A stretch of 57,209 bases of DNA, the filler included, from Catajapyx aquilonaris (lineage: Eukaryota): NCBI GenBank assembly GCA_000934665.2. It is 3 parts of 3 records of this genome, joined end to end, with 100 filler letters (N's around TTAATTAATTAA, not from the genome) between each part and the next. Parts side by side here need not be neighbours in the genome. Positions count along the whole stretch, not along the records: positions 21,040 to 39,085 come from JYFJ02006798.1; 2 more parts are not named here. One strand, written 5' to 3'. The translations under genes and the position numbers were made by a program. Below the pieces are notes generated by a model. It was not told where the DNA came from and did not search any database. It saw only the letters and a list, made by a program, of their open reading frames with translations. Shown here piece by piece: positions 22,126 to 34,208 of this stretch (positions within the stretch are counted from its first letter, which is position 1; the number at the start of each line of letters is the position of its first letter).

Positions 22126-23641
22126 ATGGTGGGAGCTTCTATTGCACATATTTCGCAGACATTGAATGACACTTTTTGCGCAAGAAACGAATACGAGGCC
22201 TGGCGTGTGTGTTTGGAACCATCTGCTCCTTCATGTTGCTTTCCTGATATTCCGCATTACTTTTCCATTATTGCTGGCGTATATTGGATGGTGCTCGGAT
22301 TCTTTGGTGGCATTGGAAATCTGGTGATATTACTTGCTATACCATATGCTAGGAGACAATGTACGGATCCTCAGAATCCATTGAGAAATTGCACTACCGT
22401 TCTTCTGCTTAACTTGGTCTTTTCACAACTCTTCCTTTGCTTTGTGATGTTAGAGATTTGGGGACTCACTTATCTGTATAGAAAATGGGTGTTTGGACGT
22501 GTCTTTTGTAAGGTCTATGCATTTTGTAACCATGTGTTTGAAGTAGTGTCAATATATTCATTTTCAGCAGCAACTCTTAGCAGGTAAAATTTTTAGCGTT
22601 TTATACTAGTCTAATATTTAACATTGTCACAAAAATTCCAGGTTGTTAGCACTGTACTGCCCTGCAGCAAATTCAGTGCTCTTCGAGTCTTTCCATAGTA
22701 TCCCAGCTCTTGTTGCGATATGGGGATTAGCATGCATACTGGCAACCATTGGTATGGTGAGTACTTCATTGTACCGGTACAGTGTAGTCCATGCCTTATG
22801 TCACAGTGTTGTCTTGCAATGTAATATGTTGCAGTGGGATTTTCCGTTAGCTTTTTTGCTCTAATTAGCTTATTCACTAATTTTAAAATCCTTTTCGTCA
22901 CGTGCAGGTAGAAGATGGATTTGGATACAATAGAATTGTGGGACAGTGTGCTGCTCTTGATTTAAATCCATGGAAGTCCTTCATTGGTCTTATAGTGTGT
23001 GCTGTTGTTCCCTGGACTCTCAGTTTAATTTGCATGATATTAATTGCAATCAAACTGAAAATTATTTGGCACAACATACATACGTTCAGGTATTTCATGT
23101 GTTATCACTAAACCTTCTCCATTAATTAGATGCAAATTAATTTTTGTTTTCTCTCATACCAGCGGTGTCTCTGAGGTCACTGCTAATGCTCTGAAGAAGA
23201 GAGACACCCGTGCAGTAAGTCGTATGGCATTGTTAGTAGCAGCATATTTAATAACAACTACTCCAACAATAGCCATTTATTTGTGCTGTAAAGGAGGTCC
23301 ATGGTCTAAGCCCTACATTTACTACACATTTTTAACATTGTGCAACTATGCATTTGGCGCCGTCTTCTGCACATACAGGTAACCGAACTTTTTAACAACT
23401 TGGCTTATTACAGCGATAAAATAACGACATTATGGTTATAATGGTTATTATGGTTAAAATTATTTAAATGGTTATGTGGTAATTCGAGGGGTTGCAAAAG
23501 ATTTTTTTTTTTCAAACCTCAAAGAGAAACACTGACCGTTAGTATTACGTTTCTAGGTTTGATAGCTACAGAGAAGCAATAGTTTTATTCTACAGAGGCC
23601 CCTTGTCTTGGATTTCTAAGGTTTTCTCGCCAGTAAAATAA
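22126..23641 (+). CDS. Divergent class A (rhodopsin-like) GPCR, Tre1/Moody/GPR84-like, 5 exons, ~351 aa
   Basis: Exons 22126-22583, 22642-22756, 22908-23089, 23163-23378 and 23557-23641 are all canonical and in phase (2, 0, 2, 2). Seven hydrophobic segments. TM1 GNLVILLA, TTVLLLNL, ECL1 WVFGRVFCK, ECL2 FGYNRIVGQC, ICL3 KKRDTRAVSRM and helix-8 YREA match the Tre1/Moody pattern. Confidence 0.8.
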
Positions 23642-24390
23642 GTTGCTTGGATTTCAAGATACTGGAGTGAGTAATGCAGTAACCAGTGATGGGCACAAAT
23701 CAATTCAAATTTGAATTAATTATGAGTTCATTCCAAACTGACGAAGTGAATTAATTTGTGGTTTATCACATTCCTATACCAGAACTGAATTGAATTAAAC
23801 TAAAAAAATAATGTCAACGAATTGAGCTGAAATAATTCCTTTCGATTAATTGACGTAGTCTGAAACTGAATTGGACTTACGCAATAATTAAGAGATGGGC
23901 ATCATTCATTTTGAAGATTTGAACTCATTGAGAATTCTCAATGTTTCCCTTCGATTCAATAATTTTCACATGTGGAAATGTACACACTTAAGGAAAATAA
24001 TTATTATTCAGGTGTGATTTTTTAAATGCTTAAATCATGTCTATACCTAAGTCCAATAAGGTAACTATATTATTTTCTGGAGAAAATAATTGGCTACCAC
24101 TTTTCAAGCTATAAGCTAATTATTTGAAGTTGTTAATAATATTACTATAAAGTGTCTGAACGATACACACTGTAAGCGATGGTACAATACTGCAAACTGT
24201 AGCCAATATTGTCTAACAATGAGAGCGCAGTAAAATAATAAACAAAGGCCCTGGAAAGAAGGCAGGATAATATTATTGGTTTGCTTTTTCCTTCTAGTGG
24301 GTCACTTCTCAAACATTCCATAGTTTCTCAATCCTTGCAAATTGTAATACAAAAATTCCATTCGTTAAAAATATTGGGAATGAAATTACT

Positions 24391-26016
24391 TCATTGCTCC
24401 ATATGGAATGTGACTCCAGTGTCATTCAGTCTGGTGATAAGAGTGGTCTTGGAGAAGGCAGCGGCTGGGGTGAGGACACCGCCACTGAAAAGATACAAAA
24501 TAATCGCAGGTAACCACATTATTTAACAGTGCAAATGGCCTCACCTTCCAGGCATCAGGTCCGACTCCTTCAGGATGGTAAACGCAGCCTGAACAAGGCA
24601 AATGCTGGTTGTTCCATATGCAAGGTTGGATCTTTTCACCTAAAATTAATACAAATACTGTAGGGTGGTACAAATATTTTGTCGACATGCAGCACAATTT
24701 TACTGTAGATGATACCTTGACTGTGAGTGTCTTGTTGGGCTGTTTCGTATCAGTCGTCTGTGTCAGTCTGTCATCCCAACCCTTGCCGACAATAGTGGCG
24801 GTAAATCTGGTCTTCTGGTCTCTCTCCCTGTCCAACTCATCGCTCTTCCCGACCCATCCAAGACTGAAGATCTTCGGATATTTGATCAGCAGTGTTCTCC
24901 CGATTGTAAATTGCGAGACGAGTGTTAACAGGATGGCGCCTGCCATCAAGAAGACAGCCCAAAAGAAAGACGTTGCCTGCAGGTACGGGATCAGCCGAAC
25001 AGGACGCTGCTTGTACTGGTCTTGCAGAAATCGCTGAGATCTGTTCACTGAGTAGAGGTCAGGTCCAAGGAACGGGATGCACCAGGAGTTGACCTCCTTG
25101 CTTCGATGAAGCAGGGACGGATATGTCTTCTGGTAGCTGGGTACAGCCTGTGTGAAGATGAGCCTGAAGAACAACTTGATTGTGTCTATCGTGGTGATGC
25201 CGTTGATGATGGATTTCCAGGTACCATCGTTGACGGAAGGCCCTCCATAATTGTCCATGTCCAGATCCACGTAGCTGGTGGCAGTGTCTAGGTCCCCTTG
25301 AAACTTCTGGGTGAGGTACACCACCCCCATGTCGACTGGAATGCTGTCGAATCCGCAGGCTACGACCACGTACACTCGGTTCTTCGTGGCCAGTTTGCCG
25401 TACTTCAGACGCATCTCCTCCATCCACTGTCAACATAAATGTGACATGTGCAGGGGCCACACACTAGATGCATGTCGTACCATACCTGAATTTCCGCTGT
25501 GATATCCACATGATGGGTGCCATTCTCGACGCAAGCCTTGACCACTGCTTCTCCATACATCGAGTATGGACCAACTATGTTGATGAGTACCCGAGCCTGT
25601 CTGGCCATGTTGACTAGAGATTGCTCATTTCTCACATCGGCTGTGATGATGGGAATGTTGCTCAGATCGAAACCTGTGCGTGAAAATAATCATCATGAAA
25701 GTCCTTGGAATTGACCTTGTTTACTTCAATACGACTTTGATTCAGCTTTGCACTGCGGGCACAAAATTCAGCTGTCCAATAATTGACGTGCCTATACATA
25801 TTTGAAATTAACGGAACTACTTGTTACAGGATATTCACCCGTGGCATCCGATGCGACTTTGATGACCTTCTCCAGTTTGACCTTGGACCGACCTGCGACG
25901 GCCCAGGTGACCCCATTCTTGACCGCAGTCCTGGCCACCTCCTCCACAGTGAATGCCCCCGTGTACCCAGTCGCTCCAAATATCACCAGGTCGTACCTGT
26001 CTTGACCACTCGACAT
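24391..26016 (-). CDS. SCCPDH: Saccharopine dehydrogenase-like oxidoreductase, paralogue A, ~421 aa
   Basis: Exons 26016-25839, 25673-25486, 25426-24716, 24639-24545 and 24484-24391. Rossmann motif YDLVIFGATGYTG, NIVGPY..YGE.VVKAC, CGFDSIP and GGVLTPAAAF are present. Frame intact. Confidence 0.92.
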
Positions 26017-26759
26017 TTTGGACACAACAGCTCAACAAGCTGAGTTGCAGATTATGATAGTAGCAGACCTGATAACAAACTATGTCAAGACCTCTGCATA
26101 ATGTGTTGCCACTGACTCCGACTGTACTTATCTCTTGCGCACGACTAGTTATTTTAGGCTTAATTTCGTAACTGAATGTCTGTGTTGCAGATATACTAGT
26201 ACGTATATAAATCATTTTAGAATTTTACTTTGCACTCACTTTCTGCAGGATTGCCCGCGAAGAGTAACACTTTTCATGTCTGACTGATTGTTCACTCAAG
26301 AGAGAAAACACAGGCTAATTCCCTGCCCTTTGCGAAATATTTCATGATATTGCGATAGAGTAATCAAGATTTCTAACATGCCATAAAAACAGTGGTGCTG
26401 AAGGTCAGCAACTTACCGTGCACATTTCATTAGGTAGGAAGAAATGAGTTGGAAATGACACGAATAAAAAGTGGGAAATGACCTTCAGTGCATCGTAACG
26501 CGTGTGATGTAATATCACCTGTGTCATACGGGAACTTCTGCAGCAGATTTTTTTTTTAAATTTCTTAATTTTTTTTGCACATACTTCTGGTTAGTTGGAT
26601 GAAGCCACGAAGCCAGTCATTAATTAAGTGGCAGTCCGATTATCCTCAGGAATTGATGAAGACGCAGACCTAGTTGTTAACTGCCTGTAATAATGATGAA
26701 CAGATATGTGGCTGCTGCTTTTATTGTCACAAGTGCATGTTATCATTGTAATGAATGGT

Positions 26760-28293
26760 TCACTGCTCCACTTGGAAGGTTACCCCCAAGTCATTCAGTC
26801 TGGTGATGATCGTAGTCTTGGAAAAGGCAGCGGCTGGAGTCAATACACCGCCACTAAAATGAAATGTATAGCCAATTAGATGACCTCTTTTTATAGTGCT
26901 TTGTCAACTCACCTTCCAGGCATAAATTCTGATTCCTTTAGGATAGTCATCGCTGACTGAACCAAACAAATATTGGTTGCTCCATAACCAATATTGGCTC
27001 CTTTCACCTGAAATTGACATTTAGCAAGACATCACGTGCGACAAATTTTTTAAAGATTTTTTGACATACCTTGACAGTGAGTGTCTTGTCAGGAGCCTCT
27101 CTGTGCTGATCGCCTGCATCTGCCAGTCTCTCCCCCCAACCTTTGCCGACCAGTGTGATGGTGAACGTGCTCTTCTGGTCTCTCTCCCTGTCCATCTCAT
27201 CACTCTTGCCCACAGCTCCGAGACTGAAGATCTGCGGATACTTCATCAGCAGTGACCTACCGGCTTCAAACTGCGAGATGATGCCTATTATGTTCAACCC
27301 AACCAACATCAGAAGAGCTCGGAAGAACGAAGGTATCTGCAGGTATGGGGTGACTCGAACTGGACGTTGCTTGTACTGGTCACTAAAGAATTGCTGAGAC
27401 CTGGTCGTCGTATAGAGGTCAGGTCCAAGGAACGGGATGCACCAGGAGTTGACCTTCTTGCTCCGATGAAGAAGAGACAGATTCATCTTCTGGTAGCTGG
27501 GTATTGCCTCTTTGAAGATGAGCCTGTAGAACAACTTGAGTGTGTCCATGGTACTCATGGCATTGATTAACGATTTCCAGGTACCGTCATTGAGGGTAGG
27601 CCCACCGGAAGGACCCATTTTCATGTTTGCATAGCTGATGGCAGTGTCTAGGTCCCCTTGAAACTTCTGAGTGAGGTACACCACCCCCATGTCCGTTGGA
27701 ATACTATCGAATCCACATGCTCCGACCACGTACACGTTGTTCTTCTTGGCCAGTTCGCCGTACTTCAGACGCATCTCCTCCATCCACTGTTATCAATGTG
27801 ATACAAGTGTAATGTATAGACAAATGTAGCGATACACACCGTGCCTGTACCATACCTGTATCTCTCCGGTGATATCCACATGATGGGTACCATTCTCAAC
27901 ACACGCCTTGACCACTGCCTCTCCGTACAGTGTGTACGGACCAACAGTGTTGATGAGTACCCGTGCTTGTCTGGCCATGTTGACCAATGATTGCTCGTTG
28001 CCTACATCGGCCAGGATGACCGGAACATTACTAAGATCCAAACCTGTGAATGAGAATGCTCAATGTAATCAACACCAATCTATGATATTAAGCACTAAAT
28101 TCTCACCCGTGGCATCCGATGCGACCTGGATGACCTTCTCCAGCTTGACCTTCGACCTTGCTGCCACAGCCCAGGTGACCCCATTCTTGACCGCAGTCCT
28201 GGCCACCTCCTCCACAGTGAATGACCCGGTGTACCCAGTCGCTCCAAATATCACCAGGTCGTACCTGTCTTGACCAGATGAAACACGCGCCAT
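26760..28293 (-). CDS. SCCPDH: Saccharopine dehydrogenase-like oxidoreductase, paralogue B, ~426 aa
   Basis: Exons 28293-28107, 28043-27856, 27786-27070, 27007-26913 and 26853-26760. Same motifs and intron positions as paralogue A. Frame intact. Confidence 0.92.
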
Positions 28294-28996
28294 TTCGGAC
28301 ACAACGACCACTCAAGAAAAGCTGGTCATGTGGGATGCAGCAACAACTCAAGAGTGAAAACTATGACGATTCTTTTTTTCCCAGGATGACTGTTTAAAGT
28401 TTTGCAATAGGGCGTATGCGCAATGCTTTTCAAGGTTAGCTTTCCTACCGTACTATACGCTTGATTAGATGGGAAAGTATACGTGTTGGATATCACAATG
28501 ATAAAAAGTCGGAAATGACCTTCAGCTTCAGAAGGTGCGACTTTAAACTGCAACATTTTTCCGGTCCTGTAATCGAATTAGTTTGGCTAAAACGCGATAT
28601 TATCTTATTTATTACAAAGTTAGATGCTTATTTATATTAATTCCAGTGATTAAATCTGCTGACTATAGTAGTAGGAAACACGGAATGAGTTGGGTCGTGA
28701 TGGTGAATGTGTTCAAAAATTACTACAGTGTATTTGTAAGAGTACATTTTTATTAAGGACACTGAATATGGATTGTTAAATTAATACAATGCTTCATTTA
28801 ATGTTACATATTTTACCCTGGGTTAATTTCAATCTGGACGGTTAGTCTTTCTCGCCAAATGTTGTGTATAGTGAACACTTTGTGTACTCTACATAGTATA
28901 GATTGGTCAGTTAAATATAATGATATAGTGGTCTAGCCATGTACAAGTAATTCCCATCCCGTGATTAAAACAGCTTCATTAACTATTAGTAATATA

Positions 28997-30601
28997 TTAA
29001 TCCGCTTGGAATGTTATTCCCAGATCATTCAGTCTGGCAATAAGAGTGGTCTTGGAGAAAGCACCTGCTGGAGTCAGGACACCCCCACTGTAATGGGGTT
29101 TATGATGTGTTACAACCTTCTGTAATGCAAATGGCCAGACGCAATATTCGACTAACCTTCCAGGCATCAAGTCCGATTCCTTCAGGACGGTCAAAGCAGC
29201 CTGTACCAAGCAAATGTTGGTCGCCCCGTAACCAATGTTAGTCCCTTTCACCTGAAATATTGGAATAAGTGTTGGTACATGTGTACAGTCATTTACAGCA
29301 ATCAACTTTAGCTACCTTGACAGTGAGTGTCTCATTAGGCAGATTCGTGTGTTGATCACCCACTCTCTTAGTCCAACCTCTTCCTACCAGTGTGATTGTG
29401 AATCTAGTCTTCTGGTCTCTCTCCCTGTCCATCTCATCACTCTTGCCCACCAATCCAAGACTGAATACCCGAGGACACTGCAACAACATTGCCCTTCCGA
29501 CCTTCAACAATGAGATGAGTCCTATCAGGCTCATCCCAAACAGGGTCAGCACAGCCAGGAAGAACGAAGGTGTCTGCAGGTAAGGGATGACCCGAACAGG
29601 ACGTTGCTTGTAGTAGTCACCCAGGAATCGCTGAGACCTGGTCACTGCATGCAGGTCAGGCCCAAGGAACGGAATGCACCAAGAGTTAACCTCTTTGCTT
29701 TGGTGCAAAAGATATACGGAGTCATCTTCTGGTAGCTGGGCACCGCCTCTTTGTAGATCATATTGTAGAACAGCTTGAGTGTGCCGATGGTGGCAATACC
29801 ATTGACTATTGATTTCAAAGTACCGTCGTTGATTACAGGACCGCCAGAACTGCCCAAGTGCACGTTCATATAGCTGGTGGCAGTGTCTAGGTCCCCTTGA
29901 AACTTCTGGGTGAGGTACACCACTCCCATGTCGACTGGGATGCTGTCGTAACCACAGTATCCCACAACGTACACGTTGTTTTTCTTGGCCAGTTCGCCGT
30001 ACTTCAGACGCATCTCCTCCATCCACTGTCAACAGTGTCGTAAGAGTGAGTTATGTCCGGTTTCATCAACAACTGTAAGTCTGTAGTTTACACCATACCT
30101 GCGGCTCTGCTGTGATGTCCACGTAATGGGTCCCATTCTCGAGGCACGCCTTGACCACTTCTTCTCCGTACAGTGTGTATGGACCGACGGTGTTGATCAG
30201 TACCCTTCCTTGTATGGCCATGTTGAGCAGCGATTGTTCGTTGCCCACATCGGCTATGATGAATGGTATGGTGCTCAAGTCAAATCCTGTACATAAGAAT
30301 AATTACCAAACACATTATTGTATACAGTATACACACGTGTTGGCTGGACAGTGTATAACATTCTCTTGGCATAATTATATGTATGTACCCAAGAATTTTG
30401 TCGTTTATAAATGCAACACTCACCCGTGGCATCCGATGCGACTTTGATGACCTTCTCCAGCTTGACCTTCGACCTTCCTGCCACCGCCCAGGTGACCCCA
30501 TTCTTGACCGCAGTCCTGGCCACCTCCTCCACAGTGAATGATCCCGTGTACCCACTGGCTCCAAATATCACCAGGTCGTACCTGTCTTGACCAGCAGTCA
30601 T
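28997..30601 (-). pseudogene. SCCPDH: Saccharopine dehydrogenase-like oxidoreductase, paralogue C, frameshifted (pseudogene, null allele or sequence error)
   Basis: Exons 30601-30424, 30286-30099, 30025-29316, 29251-29157 and 29087-28997. Exon 3 is 710 nt (not 3n) because of an extra 2 nt (TAT to TATAT, 29712-29716) relative to copies A and B, giving a premature stop at 29642-29644. Confidence 0.75.
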
Positions 30602-33600
30602 GTTTGCTTACCGTAATACCACCCAAGACTCAGGATACAAACGTCTGAACCAGTATATTATATAGACGCAAACTATTTCTGTTGGCTATACTATATATTT
30701 AAAAAAATTCTTCCAGCTCATACAATAACTAATTGCCTGAGGGTGAGAATCATGTTTCACAATTTACGTGTAGCCATGCTCAAGGTACATTAACAACTCT
30801 GATGACCTTAAAAATATTCCACATGTACAGGAAAGATATGCATCCATAGTAGATAAACACCTTAAGACAATGTCTGATTACAGGATAACTTTAGGGTTGG
30901 TATCCCTCATTACGACCTTTCCTTTTTCCAGCTGAAAATCTTATTATTTTTAGCATGCTGAGAGTACTTGCCCACATATGTAGTAGGATACCACGCAATG
31001 TTTAGGTTCAAGGTGTACAGCGAGTTCAAGTGACGGTTGAAGGATGGGCTGTGAAATACCCTGTTGCAAACGATAGTTTTTTGTTGGTCCAGCAAAGTTG
31101 TGCATAAAAACAGAAGAAGTAGGTTCCTGTGCAAAATGTGGCTAAAATTAATTGTTTTAAGACCATCATTGTTGACTTTCACTGCAAAATAGGCAGATTC
31201 TGCAGAATGAAGGAAATTGCAAAAAAATACAAGTCAATATCTGTCATACTGAGAATTACATGCGGCTCAATGGAAAATTTATGTTATACGAGTATAATGA
31301 CATATAGCTACTTCTGCTTCATGTGTCGTAAGGCATGTTATGTCGACCACTTACTGTTATACGTAGATCGACGAATAAATGTGTTATGTAGAACATCAGT
31401 TAAGTTGTATCGGAAGTGTGTTAGGAAAGTGCAATAATAAAAAAATGCGCTATAACAAAATCGAAATGGATTGCAACATGGGGTGGTAATATTTTTTCAG
31501 GTGACAATATCTAATACATTGTTTAAGAAATTCAGTACGTGCGAAACAAGTGATACGTTGAAGCCACTTGTTTGCGAAAATGGCAAGCTACCACAGTGGG
31601 ACAAACCCGCTGTATGGTCCTAAGTGGAAATTACTATTTTCAAAGCCCACATATTTTGCATCTTGATAAGAAGAAGGCATGCGTTGTTTCCAAATTTTCG
31701 CACCTTATTTTATTGCCTAATCACCCTCAAGTCTTAATAATATATTATCGTACCACGTCGCAACCCTAGATTCTTGCGAAAATATCTGGCACCGACGAGT
31801 ACGGGTTGCCACCATTGATAAATTCGTTTCATGTGGCCAGCACGTGACATGACAGTAGCAATAAACAAATTATGATTCATTCTACAAATTCACTTTTTTA
31901 AATTATTTTCAAAATAATGCCTGGTCACTTCATTACTTGGGGTAATTGAAAACTGGTCAATGACTCTCCTGTGTAACATTTGCCACAAAATAGTTTGAGT
32001 TAACATATCTTTTCATCTCGGGTAAATCCATGTTTGAACCTGAATCTGGTGCCTCTGGTCCTTAATCTCACTTGGCATAAGCAAGACATTATAGAAGCTG
32101 ATAATAATTTATACAAGTATTTATGATATGGCGAGTATTGTATCAGCCACTTCTTCTGGGTAGCAGATAAATATGTATTTTACAAAAGCATTTTCCCAGT
32201 CGATGCTCTTTCTCCGCTGCTATTATTTTAATTGGTTTTTTAAATCAGATATTATCGAATTTATCGTAATATAATACGTAATAATACGTAATACGTAATA
32301 AATACGTAAATAATGACTGGAATTGAACCCATTGTTCCAGGGACTTGCGCAGGGCGCACAGCTTTCTGGAAGGTGACATTAGAACCTGATAGTAAAGTTA
32401 ATTTTAGCGCTGCTGTCAAGGTTTCCAGACACTGATGTAACCAGAAGTTTAAAGAAGTTTAAAAAATTAACTGGCAAAGCACACCTCCCCCTCCAACCCC
32501 AGGTTAGAGGAGTGTTCCTTTGCGATCAAATTACAAGGTAGAATCTGGAAGTTACGGAAGAATTTTGAAAAAGTTTAAAACGTCATGTTTGCATCTGAAT
32601 GTCTCATAACATAGAAAAACGTGACCTAGGTAAAAACGATTTATTCTCACTTCTATTAAATTGACCTATTTAGTGTTGCTATAAAAAGACAAAAGAGCTT
32701 GGTAACAGCAAGTTGTACAGAACGTTGAACCCTACTGTGGAGCCACCTGCTGAAAAGAGTGTCAAACCTCACCTTAGTTCCTAGCTTGAGGGTGTGAGCT
32801 GCCATTATTTCCGATCCGAAGCTTGACACAGCCAGACGAACATCGTCGTGTTTCCCCAAGCAGAAGACAACGCCCCAACCCATTTTGACCTGTTGAGACC
32901 ATCGCAGCAGAAGGCAGAAGGTTGAAGACATCAACACCTGCACTTGCATCAGTTCTCGACACCCTGAAGCATCTTTGAAGGTAAATGGGGTCGTCTGGGG
33001 GAGTGTTTCTTTCAGGTCTGAATTCTTCAAGATGTGCGTAGGCGGTTTTAGAGTCAGTGGCTATCGAGTTATGCCCTTAAGTGGGAGGATTTGAGGCAAT
33101 AGGCTAGGATTTTGTAGCCTCCTTTAAAACTTGCAGGGCACGCCCTTATCTGCGGCCATATTTGACACGAGATGAGCTAGGCCTAGTCGGTTGATATGCA
33201 CCTCCCGAAGGTATGTACCTGTGGTAAAGCTCATTAGACCGGATATAGTTTAAAAACCATTGTAACTATAGTCTACTAGTTCCGATTCTGATACTTAGGA
33301 TATAGGTGACGGGATTTTCTTCCATATTATTCTAGAGCAAAATTAGTTCTTCAGTAGTGATTCTCACATTACTGCTTACGGACAGGATTCCTCTAATTTT
33401 TGTTTCTTTAAAAGCGTCGATTTGTCTAAGAATATGGTGATGCATTCCAGAGGTACAAAGTTCAAGAGGTGGGATTATGCATTGTTCATTACACCAACCA
33501 GCTGTATGAAAAATTAACTTCGTCACATAAAAAAACAACTTCATCACATATATTTTACATTACGTTTGAGTTTGATATAGGTAATTATGTTAAAGTGCGA

Positions 33601-34020
33601 AGGTGACTTAAAAGCAACAACTAGTGCATAATTTTATGCCGATGATTAAGCCTAGTAGCAGCTCTTCTTTCCAATTCCAACGCATGATAAGAAAACGTGA
33701 GATGCCAAAGTGTCGCATTTCATTTTATTGTCCAGCCGCCTTGCAGGTCTTCATTATCACATTACTGTAGGCTATGTTGCAACCCTGCAAAGAATGAGGA
33801 CTCGTGCATAACTAGCCTCTCTGAGAGGCTCCTGGTACCACTAGGTGTCTGAACTCCTCGGATCAGAAACAATGCCAATTGTCGAGATTCGTAGAAAATT
33901 CCAGGCATGAACTGGCTTGGGCACCCAGCCAATTCTGGGTGCGATACACTGTAACCAATGTACGTGTACCGGTATATTGTATACAGAATTGGCTAGGCGA
34001 GACTTTGTCCCTTCAGGAGG

Positions 34021-34108
34021 TGACTCATCACCTAGGTGATGAGTCAACTCTCTGCACACTGCTCCCACTCCACGTGGTAACTATAGTTGCCACGTGGAGT
34101 GCAGAGAG
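34021..34108. repeat. Adjacent palindromes upstream of the F-box-like ORF
   Basis: Perfect 26-bp TGACTCATCACCTAGGTGATGAGTCA (34021-34046) and near-perfect 36-bp CACTCCACGTGGTAACTATAGTTGCCACGTGGAGTG (34066-34101). Confidence 0.85.
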
Positions 34109-34208
34109 CCACCTGGTTGTGGCATAATTATCGTACTACGTCCAGGGGGCGCTTGGGATGAATATATCATCGGTACACAATGTGAACATTTAATTACAGG
34201 AAGTGAAG

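Noticed and set aside
32310..33030. Possible spliced minus-strand exons (donor AAG|GTGAGG near 32772, acceptor near 32385)
   Set aside because: No frame gives a recognisable protein. It may be UTR or lncRNA but cannot be supported from sequence alone.
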